Source: Candidatus Lokiarchaeum ossiferum (GTDB lineage: Archaea; Asgardarchaeota; Lokiarchaeia; Sigyniarchaeales; Promethearchaeaceae). From it: DNA of 32,000 nt. Below the pieces are notes generated by a model. That model made no database searches, was not told where the DNA came from, and saw only the letters and a list, made by a program, of their open reading frames with translations. Both the position numbers and the translations under genes were made by a program. Position 1 is the stretch's first letter, and each line of letters begins with the position of its first letter. Positions 22,658-31,452 of the stretch are shown piece by piece. The stretch is taken from the NCBI GenBank assembly GCA_025839675.1, contig CP104013.1:3840001-3872000 (forward strand). Reading direction: 5' to 3'.

Positions 22658-23782
22658 TTAAAAAAATAATCCCCACTCATGCAAGATATATTTAGAGGTA
22701 TTGTTTGTTGACACTGATTTTGGAGGAGGTAATGTAAAAAATGGGCAACCATCAGAATAATATGAAATTGTGAAAAAAACCCGTGTTACAGAGTATGAAT
22801 GCGTTGTGGATAATTGAAACACATCGTCAATTACATCTAAAGGGACTTGTCTCAAAATGTATGTACCTTCTTCATCAAAAAGCAGCTGTTCTTCAAACCA
22901 ATAGTTTGTGAAATCTTCAATTTCATTATCAAATAGCCCCAAAATAGATAAGCTTCTCTCAAAAAAAACTTGAAGATTGCTTATCGGTTCATCATTGACT
23001 TTGCATGTGTTTGCTACTTTGTTAATAACCCAACCATTTTGAAGTGTCTGTAAATCAAAGGGTTTAACCATTGCTTCATAAAAAAGATAGGGATAAGAAT
23101 TACAATTATCAGTTATATTACTTTTAAGTCCGACTTCAAAATTATTCCAAGTTATTTTTTGCCCCAATTCTACCTCTGGAATGGTTTTAAATACATAACC
23201 ATTGGGTACATTCACGGAAAGTGTTTCATTAAAGAGATTTTGATTTGAATTGTAAAAATAAATTACTGGTTTTAGGGCTTCAACAAAACATGCACGATGA
23301 ACAAGAGTAATTGCATGAACTCTGTGATTTTTATCAATTATGACTGCTGTTTGATTGTCTATGTATCTACTATCACTGATATTGTTTGGAATTTTCACTA
23401 TATAGATCAAATTTGCTTGAAGGCTGAGATTTGCTGTTGCTTCATATAGAATGCGATCGGTTTTTACAAGACTAATACTTTCCACAATTCTCCATGTGGT
23501 GAAGCTAATCTGATCCTTTCGTCTTTCCGGTAGTGAATATACTTCAACAAAAGAAGGCTCACTATCAGCATAAGTGTATCCATCAGCTTCAGAACTATTC
23601 CAATTTACTGTGATGTTTAAAAGATGCGTTTCCTTTTCTAATTTGCTGTAAATATATGTTCCACCAATCCCAAGTGCAGAAATTAAAAACAATCCTATAA
23701 AAAAAAGACTTGTGATTTTTTTCTTCATCAAGTGGTAATTGTTGTGCTCGTATTTATTCAATGGGGTCAGAAATTCGAACAA
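22658..23782 (-). CDS. Secreted or membrane-anchored protein of unknown function
   Basis: The track start is TTG. The in-frame ATG at 23728 gives MKKKITSLFFIGLFLISALG (signal-like), with an AATAAATA element about 28 nt upstream. No family recognised. Confidence 0.6.
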   Translation of the reverse strand: MFEFLTPLNKYEHNNYHLMKKKITSLFFIGLFLISALGIGGTYIYSKLEKETHLLNITVNWNSSEADGYTYADSEPSFVEVYSLPERRKDQISFTTWRIVESISLVKTDRILYEATANLSLQANLIYIVKIPNNISDSRYIDNQTAVIIDKNHRVHAITLVHRACFVEALKPVIYFYNSNQNLFNETLSVNVPNGYVFKTIPEVELGQKITWNNFEVGLKSNITDNCNSYPYLFYEAMVKPFDLQTLQNGWVINKVANTCKVNDEPISNLQVFFERSLSILGLFDNEIEDFTNYWFEEQLLFDEEGTYILRQVPLDVIDDVFQLSTTHSYSVTRVFFTISYYSDGCPFFTLPPPKSVSTNNTSKYILHEWGLFF

Positions 23783-23907
23783 AAAAAAAACGGATTTGTT
23801 GATCCTAATAAAGGATCCACAGCTTATTTGATCAAAGTTCGATTAGAGGATTTCAATCTGATAACTCTCGGAATGAGTAAAATTGGATAAAAAAAAAATT
23901 TTTTTCT

Positions 23908-24156
23908 TCACAGTTTACCCGAAATATATTGACAGTATCCGTACTTAATTTGCCCAAATTTCTCAATAATCCCACATGGAAAGTTTTCACACTCAAAGCA
24001 AGTTTGAATTTTCCGTGAATATGCACAACCCGCAATTTTACAGACTTTATTCTCATGAGGATAGCATCCATCAGGTCCATTTGGACATTTTCCCTGCACT
24101 CGTCGCGGGCATTTTTCACATGCAATTCCACAGACTGCGATTCGTATTTTTTCCAT
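23908..24156 (-). CDS. Cys-rich DUF3795-like protein
   Basis: IAVCGIACEKCP...GKCP..PDGC......CKIAGCA.....TCFECENFPC pattern. I prefer this over the overlapping 23853..24182 ORF. Confidence 0.7.
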   Translation of the reverse strand: MEKIRIAVCGIACEKCPRRVQGKCPNGPDGCYPHENKVCKIAGCAYSRKIQTCFECENFPCGIIEKFGQIKYGYCQYISGKL

Positions 24157-24314
24157 GTAATAAAAAAAGAGATTTTATCCAATAAAATTAGAAGCTCAGT
24201 AGTTTTTTAATTTTTAACATTATTGTGAATTTGACGGATGTATTTAAAATATCTTGTAAAATAAACAGAAAACGATTTAAACGAAGATCAAAAGATTTAA
24301 ATATTTATGTTATT

Positions 24315-24330
24315 TCTATAATACTATAGA
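24315..24330. promoter_or_regulatory. Inverted repeat TCTATA-N4-TATAGA in the divergent DUF3795/PadR intergenic region; candidate operator
   Basis: TCTATA at 24315-24320 and TATAGA at 24325-24330, about 85 nt upstream of the PadR ATG. Function is inferred only. Confidence 0.25.
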
Positions 24331-24413
24331 TAGTTAAGTATTAAACCTTAGCCATTCCATCCATATTATAGGGGGAAATATTTGTCTATTAAAAAAAAGT
24401 AAAATGATGAATT

Positions 24414-25001
24414 ATGATTAAACGTGTTAAAAAACTCGGTTCTGATTCCACTACTGCGTTGATCTCGGATGATTCAATCAGGGCTTATCTTGCCAATTTC
24501 GAGTCTGAATTATCTCGAGGCATTAGCACTATTTGTGTCCTAAAAATTATTAAAAATTCTGGAGACCAAGGCATTACGGGATACCAAATTTTGAAGGAAT
24601 TGGAAGAACAATCGAAATCTATGCTGATCCTTGAAGAAGGGCGATTATATCCTTTTTTGAAGAAATTGGAAAATTGGAAATCTAGCACTGGTGTTGTTAA
24701 CTTAATCAGTGCCCGAAAAGAACAAACTGGGAGAAAAAAGAAATTTTATTTCATTACTCCCGAGGGAGTACAAATTTTGAATCACTTAGATGGATTTTTT
24801 TCAAAACTACTAGAATACATCTCGCCCATGCTCTCATTTCAAGTCGAATTGCAAGAAGATCACTATTTATATTGCCCAAATTGTGCTAATAAAATTGATC
24901 TGAATGAGGATATCATTTTTTGCGCAATGTGCGGGTTAGATATTGAAAATATTAAAAATCAAAGATTAGAAGGATTAGAAGGAGGCAATATCAATGACTA
25001 A
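24414..25001 (+). CDS. PadR-family winged-helix transcriptional regulator with a C-terminal Zn-ribbon
   Basis: ICVLKII......GITGYQILKELEE.........EGRLYPFLKKLE...........RKKKFYFITPEG matches PadR hallmarks. The C-terminus has CPNC-x14-CAMC. Confidence 0.85.
   Translation: MIKRVKKLGSDSTTALISDDSIRAYLANFESELSRGISTICVLKIIKNSGDQGITGYQILKELEEQSKSMLILEEGRLYPFLKKLENWKSSTGVVNLISARKEQTGRKKKFYFITPEGVQILNHLDGFFSKLLEYISPMLSFQVELQEDHYLYCPNCANKIDLNEDIIFCAMCGLDIENIKNQRLEGLEGGNIND
24964..24984 (+). repeat. 9-bp in-frame tandem duplication GATTAGAAG x2 running into a GGAGG Shine-Dalgarno for the downstream gene
   Basis: 24964-24972 equals 24973-24981 and encodes RLEGLEG. GGAGG (24980-24984) lies 9 nt before ATG 24994. 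Confidence 0.85.
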
Positions 25002-26028
25002 TCAACAAATTAAAACCTTTTTAAAAGAAATAGAAGAAAAATTACCAGAATGGTTAAAAGATAAGAAAGCCGATGTCACTGACATTTTAGATGAAATAGA
25101 ATCACATATTTGGGAAAAAGCATCCGAAATCTCCCATAATGATGATCCAGACGAATTATCAATAAAGCAAGCAATTGTTTCAATGGGAACCCCCGCAGAT
25201 ATTGCTAAAGATTATAAAAAACGTGGAACACCCAAGTTCTTTATCTCAGAGGAGTTATTTCCTCTCTATGTTAGGACTTTGACCGTTGCTATCAGCGTAA
25301 TTGCTGGTATTGCAGTACTTGCTAGTATTCCATGGACAGGAAATTTTCAATTCTGGAAATTCCTAGGGGATCTCTGGAATGCCATATTCACAACTGCTGT
25401 ATATGTTTCTTTCTTTGCGACACTTATATTTGTCGGATTATCGATGGAGGGATACTTACCAGAAGATTTGGGTGTCAAGGGAAATATGAAACTGACATAC
25501 GAATTCAAAGTGGCTCACAAAGAAAAAGGAAAAGGTAAGAAAAATAAATTCTACACTCCAGGTGAATGGTTCTTTGGAGCAGTATTTGGCTTTGTATTCG
25601 GTGCAATTTTAATTCTCCAACCAATTCCACAAATGAGTGAACTATTTGGAACAGAAATGTTGGCATGGTTCCGACTCTTAGGATTTCTCTCCATTGCGGA
25701 AGGAACTTTGAATTTGTTTCACATTATTCTTCAGAAATCCAATATTACCGGGCATCAATTCTTGAAATTACTCTTGATTGTTGTCAAAATCTTAGGGATA
25801 TTCCTCCTCTTGCAATTGTTGGAAAATCCTGATATAATCACGATTATTTCAATAGAAAATGGAGTAGTTATTAGCCGCCCCCTAGTTGGATATTATCTCA
25901 GTAGTGAAAAAACCTTTAGAACTATTGTAATTGTGCTCTTAGTGTTTAGTGGCTTAGGAATAATGGATGAATTTTACAAAATGGTCTCTTTGCGTTATAA
26001 GTTTAATGCAAGTCAGATCGAAGAATAA
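24994..26028 (+). CDS. DUF1700/HAAS-like N-terminal helical domain fused to a membrane domain of about 6 TM; partner of the PadR regulator
   Basis: The N-terminus 'QQIKTFLKEIEEKLPEWLKDKKADVTDILDEIESHIWEKASE...SMGTPADIAKDY' fits the DUF1700 pattern. It overlaps the PadR gene by 8 nt (ATGACTAA), and about 6 hydrophobic helices follow. Confidence 0.7.
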   Translation: MTNQQIKTFLKEIEEKLPEWLKDKKADVTDILDEIESHIWEKASEISHNDDPDELSIKQAIVSMGTPADIAKDYKKRGTPKFFISEELFPLYVRTLTVAISVIAGIAVLASIPWTGNFQFWKFLGDLWNAIFTTAVYVSFFATLIFVGLSMEGYLPEDLGVKGNMKLTYEFKVAHKEKGKGKKNKFYTPGEWFFGAVFGFVFGAILILQPIPQMSELFGTEMLAWFRLLGFLSIAEGTLNLFHIILQKSNITGHQFLKLLLIVVKILGIFLLLQLLENPDIITIISIENGVVISRPLVGYYLSSEKTFRTIVIVLLVFSGLGIMDEFYKMVSLRYKFNASQIEE

Positions 26029-26043
26029 TTTTTTTTTTTTTTT
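26029..26043 (+). terminator. T15 tract immediately after the stop of 24994..26028
   Basis: Fifteen consecutive T directly following TAA. Confidence 0.6.
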
Positions 26044-26164
26044 GATTTATCTATAATTTTGTCGGATTTTGTCAAACATTATTTATATATAATCCCGATA
26101 CGTTTTAGAGAATCTCAGATACCGCATACCTTTTTATGGGTGAAGTTGCTTCATATAGTCAAGG

Positions 26165-26770
26165 ATGGAACTTTCTCACACCCTAATAAAAGGATCAGAT
26201 CTTCTAAATCCATCTCTTTCTAGATCGAACACAAATACCAAAAATATTTTTGTACGCGATTCCAAACCTTCTTCCATTTCAAAAAATCTTCCTAAAAAAG
26301 CGAAGAATCGGAAAAAAAATAAACGGACTCAGCAATGTCCATTTTGTTCCCGGAAGCTGAAACATAAAAAAGGATTAAAACAACACATTGCTGTTAAACA
26401 CCCTGAAAAAGTCCAGCGATATCAACGTCACAAAAAAAGAGCTGTTTTCAAACCAGATTTGGATTTAAAGTCTATAGTAAATGACTTTCCTCTAAAAAAA
26501 GACGACTCTGTTATATTAGCAGATGAGAACTTAAATTTCGATTCGTATCTTGTTAAAAAACTTGCCCAAGTGCAAAAAAAACACGTTTGCCCTCTCCCAG
26601 ATCACATGCGAGGTTATTGTGATGAGATGATCCTTCGATTTTTAATTTCCCGGGGATATGGTTTAGTCACTCAAGACAAAGTTTTTGCCATTCGCGCATC
26701 AAAGCAAATAGAAAATGTCTATTTATTATCCCAAAATAGTTTAATTAAGATGGAAAAGGTTATTTTTTAA
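26165..26770 (+). CDS. Basic N-terminus + classical C2H2 zinc finger + PIN-like (DUF5615-type) domain fusion
   Basis: CPFC-SRKLKHKKGLKQ-H-IAVK-H is C-x2-C-x12-H-x4-H with hydrophobics at canonical positions. The C-terminal 'VILADENLNFDSYLVKKL...CDEMILRFLISRGYGLVTQDKVF' fits the LlDENl...D.eil..A...g..lvT.D.DF pattern. Confidence 0.6.
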   Translation: MELSHTLIKGSDLLNPSLSRSNTNTKNIFVRDSKPSSISKNLPKKAKNRKKNKRTQQCPFCSRKLKHKKGLKQHIAVKHPEKVQRYQRHKKRAVFKPDLDLKSIVNDFPLKKDDSVILADENLNFDSYLVKKLAQVQKKHVCPLPDHMRGYCDEMILRFLISRGYGLVTQDKVFAIRASKQIENVYLLSQNSLIKMEKVIF

Positions 26771-26938
26771 TTAATTACATCTTTGTCAACCAGAAGGATC
26801 TCTTTTTTTTGGAAATTTGGTCAATGGATGGTAGTTTTGTTAAGGTGAACCTTTTAATTTGTTAGCCTATCAAACTTTTTGATTTATTTATAAAAAACGA
26901 AATCTATTAAATAAAAAGAACCTATTTTAGTTCGTAAA

Positions 26939-27649
26939 ATGGAAAAAATATCCGAAAAAATGAGCTACGATGAGATTGTTTACAACAAATTATCGGACTT
27001 CTCCTGTGAGTCGGGCTGGAATTGTGTCGATTGTGACGAGAATGTGTGTGTAAAGGTGGTGTCCATCGCAGATTTCCCCTCTGAGTATGGTCATTTTAAA
27101 ATTTTAGGCTTTGTGAATAATCAAGCGGATGAAGAAGACCACTGTGCAATCGTGAAGGGAAATTTGGAAGACGGGGAAAATGTTCTCGTTCGAATCCATT
27201 CTGAATGCCTCACGGGAGATGCTTTAGGTTCCCGTCGCTGTGATTGTGGGCCTCAATTACGTCTCGCTTTACGGCGTATTGAAGAAGAAGGTCGCGGAAT
27301 TGTTGTATACATGCGACAGGAAGGCCGCGGAATTGGATTAACGAATAAATTGCGCTCCTATGCGCTTCAGGACTTAGGGGTTGATACCTATGACGCCAAT
27401 ATCGAATTGGGCTTTAATCCTGAAGAACGGAATTATGAAATTGCAATTGAAATGTTAAAAGCTCTGGGTGTGCAATCCGTTCGACTGATGACCAATAATC
27501 CCGACAAGATTATGGCTGTGGAGAAATATGGGTTAAAAGTCAAAGAACAAGTTCAACATGAGTTGCCTACTCATTCAGATGATAAAGAATACCTCACTAC
27601 TAAAAAAGAACGGTTTGGCCATAAATTAGATTTAATAGATGAAAAATAA
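26939..27649 (+). CDS. ribA: GTP cyclohydrolase II
   Basis: VRIHSECLTGDALGSRRCDCGPQL...YMRQEGRGIGLTNKLRSYALQDLGVDTYDANIELGF..EERNY...LMTNNPDK is the near-canonical RibA signature. There is also an N-terminal extension of about 40 aa with C-x6-C-x2-C-x4-C. Confidence 0.92.
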   Translation: MEKISEKMSYDEIVYNKLSDFSCESGWNCVDCDENVCVKVVSIADFPSEYGHFKILGFVNNQADEEDHCAIVKGNLEDGENVLVRIHSECLTGDALGSRRCDCGPQLRLALRRIEEEGRGIVVYMRQEGRGIGLTNKLRSYALQDLGVDTYDANIELGFNPEERNYEIAIEMLKALGVQSVRLMTNNPDKIMAVEKYGLKVKEQVQHELPTHSDDKEYLTTKKERFGHKLDLIDEK

Positions 27650-27693
27650 AATAAAACCAACATCTTGAAATCTGTTGACAAAGGCGAAATTTG

Positions 27694-27703
27694 TTATATA
27701 AAA
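27694..27703 (+). promoter_or_regulatory. TATA box inside the track ORF's 5' extension; supports a leaderless start at 27727
   Basis: TTATATAAAA is centred about 29 nt upstream of the in-frame ATG at 27727. Confidence 0.5.
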
Positions 27704-27726
27704 AATTCTTTTTTTACTTGAGTTTC

Positions 27727-28149
27727 ATGAGCATGAATCATTTTTATGGTGTTGCCAAGGTAAATTCGCGGGGTCAGATAGGGATTCCAAAACAAGCCCG
27801 CGAAGATTTTGCACTTAATTCAGGGGACAATCTTGCATTATTGGTTGGGGTTCTTCCCCACAGTAAAGATGCTATTATGTTAATGAAAGCGGAAGAATGG
27901 TATGGGGTACCAGAATCGGCCCCGATCAAAAATTCCAAGAATCGGGAGTTTGGTGGTTTGGTTAAGCTCGCAGAACGGGGCCAAATTGTCATACCTAAAA
28001 AAATACGCGAGCAAATTGGGATCACTTCTGGATTACAAATTTTAGTCTTATCACATGAAAAAACCCATAGCCTTGTTTTAGCTTTATTAAATCAAGATGC
28101 TGTTGGAAAATGGGCTGAAAATATGATAGGAAGGTCTAATAACGATTGA
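27727..28149 (+). CDS. Tandem AbrB/MazE/SpoVT-domain DNA-binding protein
   Basis: Two copies of the swapped-hairpin motif: VAKVNSRGQIGIPKQAREDFALNSGDNLALL and LVKLAERGQIVIPKKIREQIGITSGLQILVL. The track ORF starts at TTG 27691, but I moved the start to ATG 27727 because of the TATA box. Confidence 0.8.
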   Translation: MSMNHFYGVAKVNSRGQIGIPKQAREDFALNSGDNLALLVGVLPHSKDAIMLMKAEEWYGVPESAPIKNSKNREFGGLVKLAERGQIVIPKKIREQIGITSGLQILVLSHEKTHSLVLALLNQDAVGKWAENMIGRSNND

Positions 28150-28258
28150 ATTCCTTATACTAAAAGTTTATATTGATGTGTTGTCTTTTTCATATTAATA
28201 TGAATTTCATACTCTCGTATTTTAAATATCTACAGGTAATTGGGGGGGTTTTATACTA

Positions 28259-29074
28259 ATGGTTATGATTGACAATATTCCTTCCATTATTTTTCTGTGG
28301 TGTTATATGTTCATAATTTGGGGCAATTTGATCCATATTTGGATGAAAAAACCCGCAGAAAGAGCAAAATCGTGGAAGCTATTATTTGGTGCCTTTTTCC
28401 TGCTCGCCTTTGGGGATGTTTTTCACTTGCTTCCTAGAACTTATCTTTGGTTCCAATATTCTATAGGACACCAAATCGATATTTATACCAGTCCAATGGG
28501 TGTTTCGATATATGGGATTGGACTCATTTTAACAGGAATAACTATGACTTTCTTCTATTTGTTGTTTTACTTGTTCTGGAAAGAACATTTTATTAATCGT
28601 GTGAATATTCCTGGACTTCTGAACATTAAGAAACGAATAAAAATCTTTGATGGAATCGCTTTTGGTTCTGTCATAATCAGGAACATTCTAATTTTGCTAC
28701 CTTGGAATAACTACGGAAGTGAACCCGTGTTATATTTAGGTTTCATTAGTTTTCGATTACTTACCAATTTACCTCTGTACATTATTGGATTGGAAGTATT
28801 ATACTTGTTTCTGAAATCTACCCGAAAAACTCAAAGTACAAATGTAGTTCATCCAGATATAACAACTGCTCTCAAACGAAGTTCTGTATGGATTATTGTA
28901 TCTTTTGTCACGTATACCATCACATTGTTGGGAAGTCCTGCAATTCCTCTGTTAGGGATGATGATGATTCCGAAAACGATCGCATATTTGCTCGTGTTTT
29001 ATTATATGAAAAAATTTATCTTACTGAATCCCTCAAGTATGAAATTCGAGAAAGAATTTGCACTTGCGATTTAA
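28259..29074 (+). CDS. Seven-TM membrane protein of unknown function
   Basis: Seven hydrophobic segments read from the translation. A G-rich stretch (28242-28248) lies about 10 nt before the ATG. No family recognised. Confidence 0.6.
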   Translation: MVMIDNIPSIIFLWCYMFIIWGNLIHIWMKKPAERAKSWKLLFGAFFLLAFGDVFHLLPRTYLWFQYSIGHQIDIYTSPMGVSIYGIGLILTGITMTFFYLLFYLFWKEHFINRVNIPGLLNIKKRIKIFDGIAFGSVIIRNILILLPWNNYGSEPVLYLGFISFRLLTNLPLYIIGLEVLYLFLKSTRKTQSTNVVHPDITTALKRSSVWIIVSFVTYTITLLGSPAIPLLGMMMIPKTIAYLLVFYYMKKFILLNPSSMKFEKEFALAI

Positions 29075-29102
29075 TTCAATATGAATTCTGGGTTTTCTTT
29101 TT

Positions 29103-30890
29103 TTAGGTTACTTCTAAGCTCGGGATATCCCTTTTCAGTAATGCTTTAATTTCTAAAGGATTAAATAAGAAAATTAGTGGTAATGAGAACCAAATAACAT
29201 GAAAATAATAATTGAAGTCTATTAGGATAAACTTTGGTGTAATTTGTATCAATCCGAGCATTTCTATATTTTTTTCTATGAAAATAACTATACCTAACAA
29301 TCCCCCCACCAAGTTTAGAATAATAAAAATGGTAAGTCGATTTTTTTCCCCTTTTCTGATTTCTGAATTTAGCAAGTCTTTTACTAATTTTTTCAAAACA
29401 AATATTATTCCAATCATTACAAGAAAACCGATTGAATATAGATAGGAGGAATAGATTCCAAAACCAAAATAACCGATTAGAATTAAAATGGGCGGAACAG
29501 CTACAAAATAAATATAGGCAAAATAATTTTTAAAGATCTGAAATTTCTTCTTTTTTACCAATTCCTTTGTCTCTTTATTTTCTTCAATGTTTTCTCCAGC
29601 ATTTTTCTTATCAAAATCTGAATTTTTTTTCCATCTATTTTGATAGAGCAAATACACTATATAGATAACCGAAAAAACTATAAAATAAGAAATAAATATT
29701 GGGTCCTCTTTCCAGATTTTGATAGAATTGATTTCATTGTCAGATATTGTGTTTAGTTTAGGTTCATCAGAATAAATTCCTTTGTTTGATATTACATTAA
29801 GAAAGTTATTTGAGATGAGATTACCAACGGAATTAAGGAGTACTATACCATTTCTGTTATTATTTACTGTATTATTAATGATTTTTGAATTATTAGAATT
29901 TTTAAAAAGAATTCCAGATTCATAAAGGAGCCCATACTGAAAATTTTCCATGTTATAATCATTGGCAGGTGAAGACCAGAAATTCCTGATTCTATTCGTT
30001 TCATGACCTATTGTGGTAATGGTATTGTTTATTACGGAAACCCGATGACAAGAATCAATCACTACTGGATCAAACTTAGTAATACGAAAAATGTTATTAC
30101 TAATAACTCCATCTGAGGACCACAATACCGTCATCGGATCAAAAGTTGAGTTTATTTCATTGTTTGATATTGTATAATTTAATAAGTAAGAAAATTGAAT
30201 TGCTCCTCCAAAATCAATTTTGTTATTTTGGACACTGATATTGCTCCCTCCTCTAAATACTAAACCACCTCTATGAGATATAGTATTTGTTTCGAAAATT
30301 AAATTCTGAGTTCGAGAAATACACATTTGATATATTTTTCCAAATAATATGTTTCCAGTAATATTCAAATTTAGGTTGGAATAGGGAGAAAAATTGAATA
30401 TTGGTGAATGTGAGACATTTATTTCATTCTTCGTGATGGATACATTTGAAATACGGTCAAACTCAATACCAAAAGCCACATTCGAAATAATATTCATATT
30501 AATTCGAATATTTGAACAATTTTCGATTATTATTGCACTTCTGGAGTTGTTAATACCCGAAATTAAACAATTTTGGATTAAAACATATTTCGTCGTATTT
30601 TGGATTGAAATTCCATGAGAGGATGAATTGGGACTTAGAATGAGATTTTCAATAATAATTGGATATTTTGAAGAGTGTCCATTATATGGGTCATTCGCAA
30701 ATTGTTCCAAATCACTATCATCCTGAACTAAAATGAGCGCTGAACTTTCTTGGATGACATTATTAACTTGCGGAAAATAAACTTGGTCGAAATTTTCTGT
30801 ACTCAGATCAAAGTTCAAATCATTAGGAACACGCAAAAATATTGAGGAAATTAGAATAATGATAGCTAGTAATTTTGGATAAGATTTCAT
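29103..30890 (-). CDS. Signal peptide + NosD-like beta-helix ectodomain (about 370 aa) fused to a 5-TM C-terminal module
   Basis: N-cap SSKYPIIIENLILSPNSSSHGISI. Many coils follow (IQNCLISG, IENCSNIRINMNIISN, ITKNEINV, VQNNKIDF, ISNNEINS, ISNNIFRI, INNTITTI, INNTVNNN, ISNNFLNV, ISDNEINS). Then come a TM, a K/E-rich linker and four more TM. Confidence 0.8.
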   Translation of the reverse strand: MKSYPKLLAIIILISSIFLRVPNDLNFDLSTENFDQVYFPQVNNVIQESSALILVQDDSDLEQFANDPYNGHSSKYPIIIENLILSPNSSSHGISIQNTTKYVLIQNCLISGINNSRSAIIIENCSNIRINMNIISNVAFGIEFDRISNVSITKNEINVSHSPIFNFSPYSNLNLNITGNILFGKIYQMCISRTQNLIFETNTISHRGGLVFRGGSNISVQNNKIDFGGAIQFSYLLNYTISNNEINSTFDPMTVLWSSDGVISNNIFRITKFDPVVIDSCHRVSVINNTITTIGHETNRIRNFWSSPANDYNMENFQYGLLYESGILFKNSNNSKIINNTVNNNRNGIVLLNSVGNLISNNFLNVISNKGIYSDEPKLNTISDNEINSIKIWKEDPIFISYFIVFSVIYIVYLLYQNRWKKNSDFDKKNAGENIEENKETKELVKKKKFQIFKNYFAYIYFVAVPPILILIGYFGFGIYSSYLYSIGFLVMIGIIFVLKKLVKDLLNSEIRKGEKNRLTIFIILNLVGGLLGIVIFIEKNIEMLGLIQITPKFILIDFNYYFHVIWFSLPLIFLFNPLEIKALLKRDIPSLEVT

Positions 30891-30913
30891 CTATAATTTT
30901 ATAATAGTGATTC

Positions 30914-30922
30914 AAAATATAA
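30914..30922 (-). promoter_or_regulatory. TATA box about 28 nt upstream of ATG 30890
   Basis: The minus strand reads TTATATTTT. Confidence 0.45.
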
Positions 30923-31033
30923 GTCTTATTTCACAAGATTGAATAGAAGTATTTTGATAAGAAAAGAGTGAAAAAAGAGAACTAAGTATTTTTAAACTTA
31001 AATAAATGGATAATCAAACAAAAAAAAAAGGAA

Positions 31034-31366
31034 TCAAACAGGTATATCTCTCCTATCGGAGATCATTATAGAAGAAATTGTCAATACCATGGTATATCCG
31101 AATAAAATCAACATATCTCGTAGAACATTTTCATAGCTGTGAGAAACCATGATTCTCGCGGGTTCGTAATAGAAAAAGAGACTCAAGAATTTAATATCTT
31201 GAATATTTTCTTGAAAACTGGTGTAGAATGTGCCAATTACGAAGAACACAACAAAATTGCCGAAAGCCGCTCCCGTTGCATTCTTTCTATTTAAGAACGT
31301 TGAGAAAAAGAACGTTAAGAACGTTGATAAACTTTCATCTCTATTTCTAACATCGTTTTTGTTCAT
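31034..31366 (-). CDS. Small membrane protein resembling the C-terminal third of an ABC-2/NosY-type permease
   Basis: 110 aa. The end, 'FLSLFFYYEPARIMVSHSYENVLRDMLILFGYTMVLTISSIMISDRRDIPV', resembles the last loop and helix and the ...F.rRDi terminus of ABC-2 permeases (from memory). It has its own TATA (ATTATATAT, plus-strand 31389-31397) about 27 nt upstream. Confidence 0.4.
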   Translation of the reverse strand: MNKNDVRNRDESLSTFLTFFFSTFLNRKNATGAAFGNFVVFFVIGTFYTSFQENIQDIKFLSLFFYYEPARIMVSHSYENVLRDMLILFGYTMVLTISSIMISDRRDIPV

Positions 31367-31452
31367 ATAAATTTTATTTTATTGAACCATATATAATGGT
31401 AGAAATTGAAGAAAAAAATGAATAGCATTAAATGGGCTAATTTTTTGCTTTT

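Noticed and set aside
23853-24182. 109-aa ORF on the minus strand overlapping the 82-aa ORF 23908..24156
   Set aside because: The 82-aa frame encodes a recognisable DUF3795-like Cys pattern. The 109-aa frame has no features and is probably a shadow.
347-24330. Shared TCTATA...TATAGA inverted repeats at two promoters (347-364, 24315-24330) and the CTATAG core of the 10268-10324 repeat, considered as one common regulator motif
   Set aside because: The half-sites are TATA-like hexamers expected often in AT-rich promoter DNA, and the spacers differ (6 versus 4). I kept them only as separate low-confidence candidates.
26771-26938. Possible FMN riboswitch upstream of ribA
   Set aside because: The region is short and very AT-rich. 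It lacks the conserved G-rich FMN aptamer segments, and no extended pairing is visible.
28259-29074. Seven-TM protein with a lysine in TM7 (MMMIPKTIAYL); considered as a microbial, schizo- or helio-rhodopsin
   Set aside because: It has no RYxDW-like TM3 motif, no WxxYP-type TM6 motif and no D/S four residues before the lysine. The lysine sits next to a proline near the helix start. There is not enough evidence to call a retinal protein.
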